A DNA stretch of 64,000 nucleotides from Octopus sinensis. Taxonomy: Eukaryota. The stretch is taken from assembly GCF_006345805.1 (NCBI RefSeq), contig NC_043013.1:40362001-40426000 (forward strand). Direction: 5' to 3'. This document shows positions 62,431 through 64,000 of the stretch, piece by piece. Under the pieces are notes generated by a model that saw only the letters and a program-made list of their open reading frames with translations, did not search any database and was not told where the DNA came from. The position numbers were made by a program, and so were the translations under genes. Numbering within the stretch: the stretch's first letter is position 1; the number at the start of each line of letters is the position of its first letter.

Positions 62431-62830
62431 GATAAAGCAAACAATTGAAATGAAATATCTCAAGTCAGTGACAAATCTAGAGGCTTATATCAGAGGTTAA
62501 CAACAAATTCAAGATCCTAGATGTGCTCAAAATTAATTGTTAACAATTAATTTTTGAAATAGTAATGGTTGTTGATTTCTGCCAATTAGGACACAGCCAG
62601 CCAAAGGAATGTATCTTGTGAAGAAGGACTTCACAATGGCTGTAACCTATTTGGGACTAATTTATTCCCTGGTTCTACACGGTTATATTACAGTTATTAT
62701 GCTACAAGTGATAATTTCATAATATATAATACATTAAGCAGCAAAATAAATACGTTAAATGACAAAACACACCATTTATCAACAAGCAAGATATATTCTC
62801 CATGACAAAATGCAGTGAATAGCTTGTTTC

Positions 62831-62940
62831 CCAAGGTCAACTTTGCCTTTCATCATTTTGGGGTTAATGAAATAAGTACTAGTTGAGCACTGGGGTTAAT
62901 GTAATTGACTTGTTCCCTTCCCCTAAAATTTTAGACCTTG
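62831..62940 (+). mobile_element. SINE 3' portion
   Basis: ggtcaactttgcctttcatcattttggggttaatgaaataagtactagttgagcactggggttaatgtaattgactt resembles a common octopus SINE; recognised from memory. Confidence 0.6.
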
Positions 62941-64000
62941 GATTTATAGAAGAAAGGATCATTGAATACTCATTACTTTGATTATGTGATTTGATTATGT
63001 TGCTTGAAAATTCTTTTAAAAAACGAGTTCTAAAAATGCTTTCATTATTGAATAAATATAAATTTCATTATTTTGTGCAGGTTGTAGGAAGCCCTCCCTG
63101 GAAGTTAATGTCCGATGTATCAATACACAGGAATTATTAATTTTACTTTGGGCTTTTGTTTTCAAAAAGTCTTTGAAAAATATCTAATCAAAAGGTTAGT
63201 ATTATTGTACAGATTACATTAATTGATTGGCTAAAAAATTTTCTTTGAGAAAATCTTTTGGAAAAATTTTTTTAAAACATTTGGTTCTTTTGATATATAA
63301 AATGGCTGACAATAAACTGAATGATAACCACCAATAAATTATTGGTAATAAAACTGAAGCATTTTTTTCTGAATTGTTTACATACTAAAGAAATAATTGC
63401 ATGTGGTAGACTGAAAGCCTATGTAACAATCAAAGGAATCATTTTCTATGAAATATTCATGAGATAACTCCCAATACTGATTAAGCAATTGAATTTCTTG
63501 AACTCACTGGATTCATTCGCAATTCAGTACTATGTTGTAATCAAGCAATAGGTTTGTTAACTGTGAGGAGAATAATTTTCTTTCAGTTTCTAGATTTTAT
63601 TAAAAAAAAACCCAAAGCTTCATAAAAAATATCATTTGTATTTTAGTGATAAATCAGTTATCTAAAAACCAATAAATGAATCTAAAATTATTCTATTTGT
63701 GAAAAATCATTTTCCTTCACTTTCATTTTATTGTTGGCTATTTTATATACTTAAATTGAAATATCGCAAAAAGTTACAAGGAGGTGGGATTTAAAGGACT
63801 GAATTTGTGGGGGGAAAAAAAGCAACAAAAGACAAAATGTGTTTTTTGGGCTGGATAATAATCTCTTGTGCCTAAAACATAACTCAAAGAGGATTTTTGA
63901 AGAAAAAAACATCTTAAATATGCAAAAGTTACAGTGAATTGCTCCCCACACTTTACCATCAAAGAAGGTAGTGCAAAAGAAAAGAATTGGTTTTAAGTTC

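Overview
Eukaryotic, AT-rich animal genomic DNA. The RTE tails, SINEs and mariner ends look like those of octopus/coleoid cephalopods; this is by recognition only and was not verified. Bases 1-34395 are one apparently intron-free, minus-strand coding exon for a giant Thr-rich (PTS) mucin domain of at least ~11,460 aa that runs off the left edge of the window. It holds two internally homogenised but mutually homologous tandem arrays (417-bp/139-aa units at ~17.2-32.6 kb; 405-bp/135-aa units at 1-14.9 kb). They are separated by a spacer carrying a perfect (TTTRRP)x14 Arg-rich cassette. A 5,249-bp phase-1 GT-AG intron joins this exon in frame to an upstream 552-bp exon (39645-40196) encoding a VWA domain with an intact MIDAS motif. 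The signal-peptide exon and the C-terminus were not found in the window. ORF breaks in the arrays are clustered small indels plus a 100-N gap, most likely assembly noise. The rest (34.4-64 kb) is intronic/intergenic TE debris: RTE LINEs with a PHD-like finger inside the RT, an RT-less Ty3/Gypsy element nested in an RTE with a 5-bp TSD, Helitron pieces, Tc1 and mariner elements, an R4/Dong-like LINE ending in a perfect 72-bp palindrome, a Penelope-like remnant, SINEs and microsatellites.
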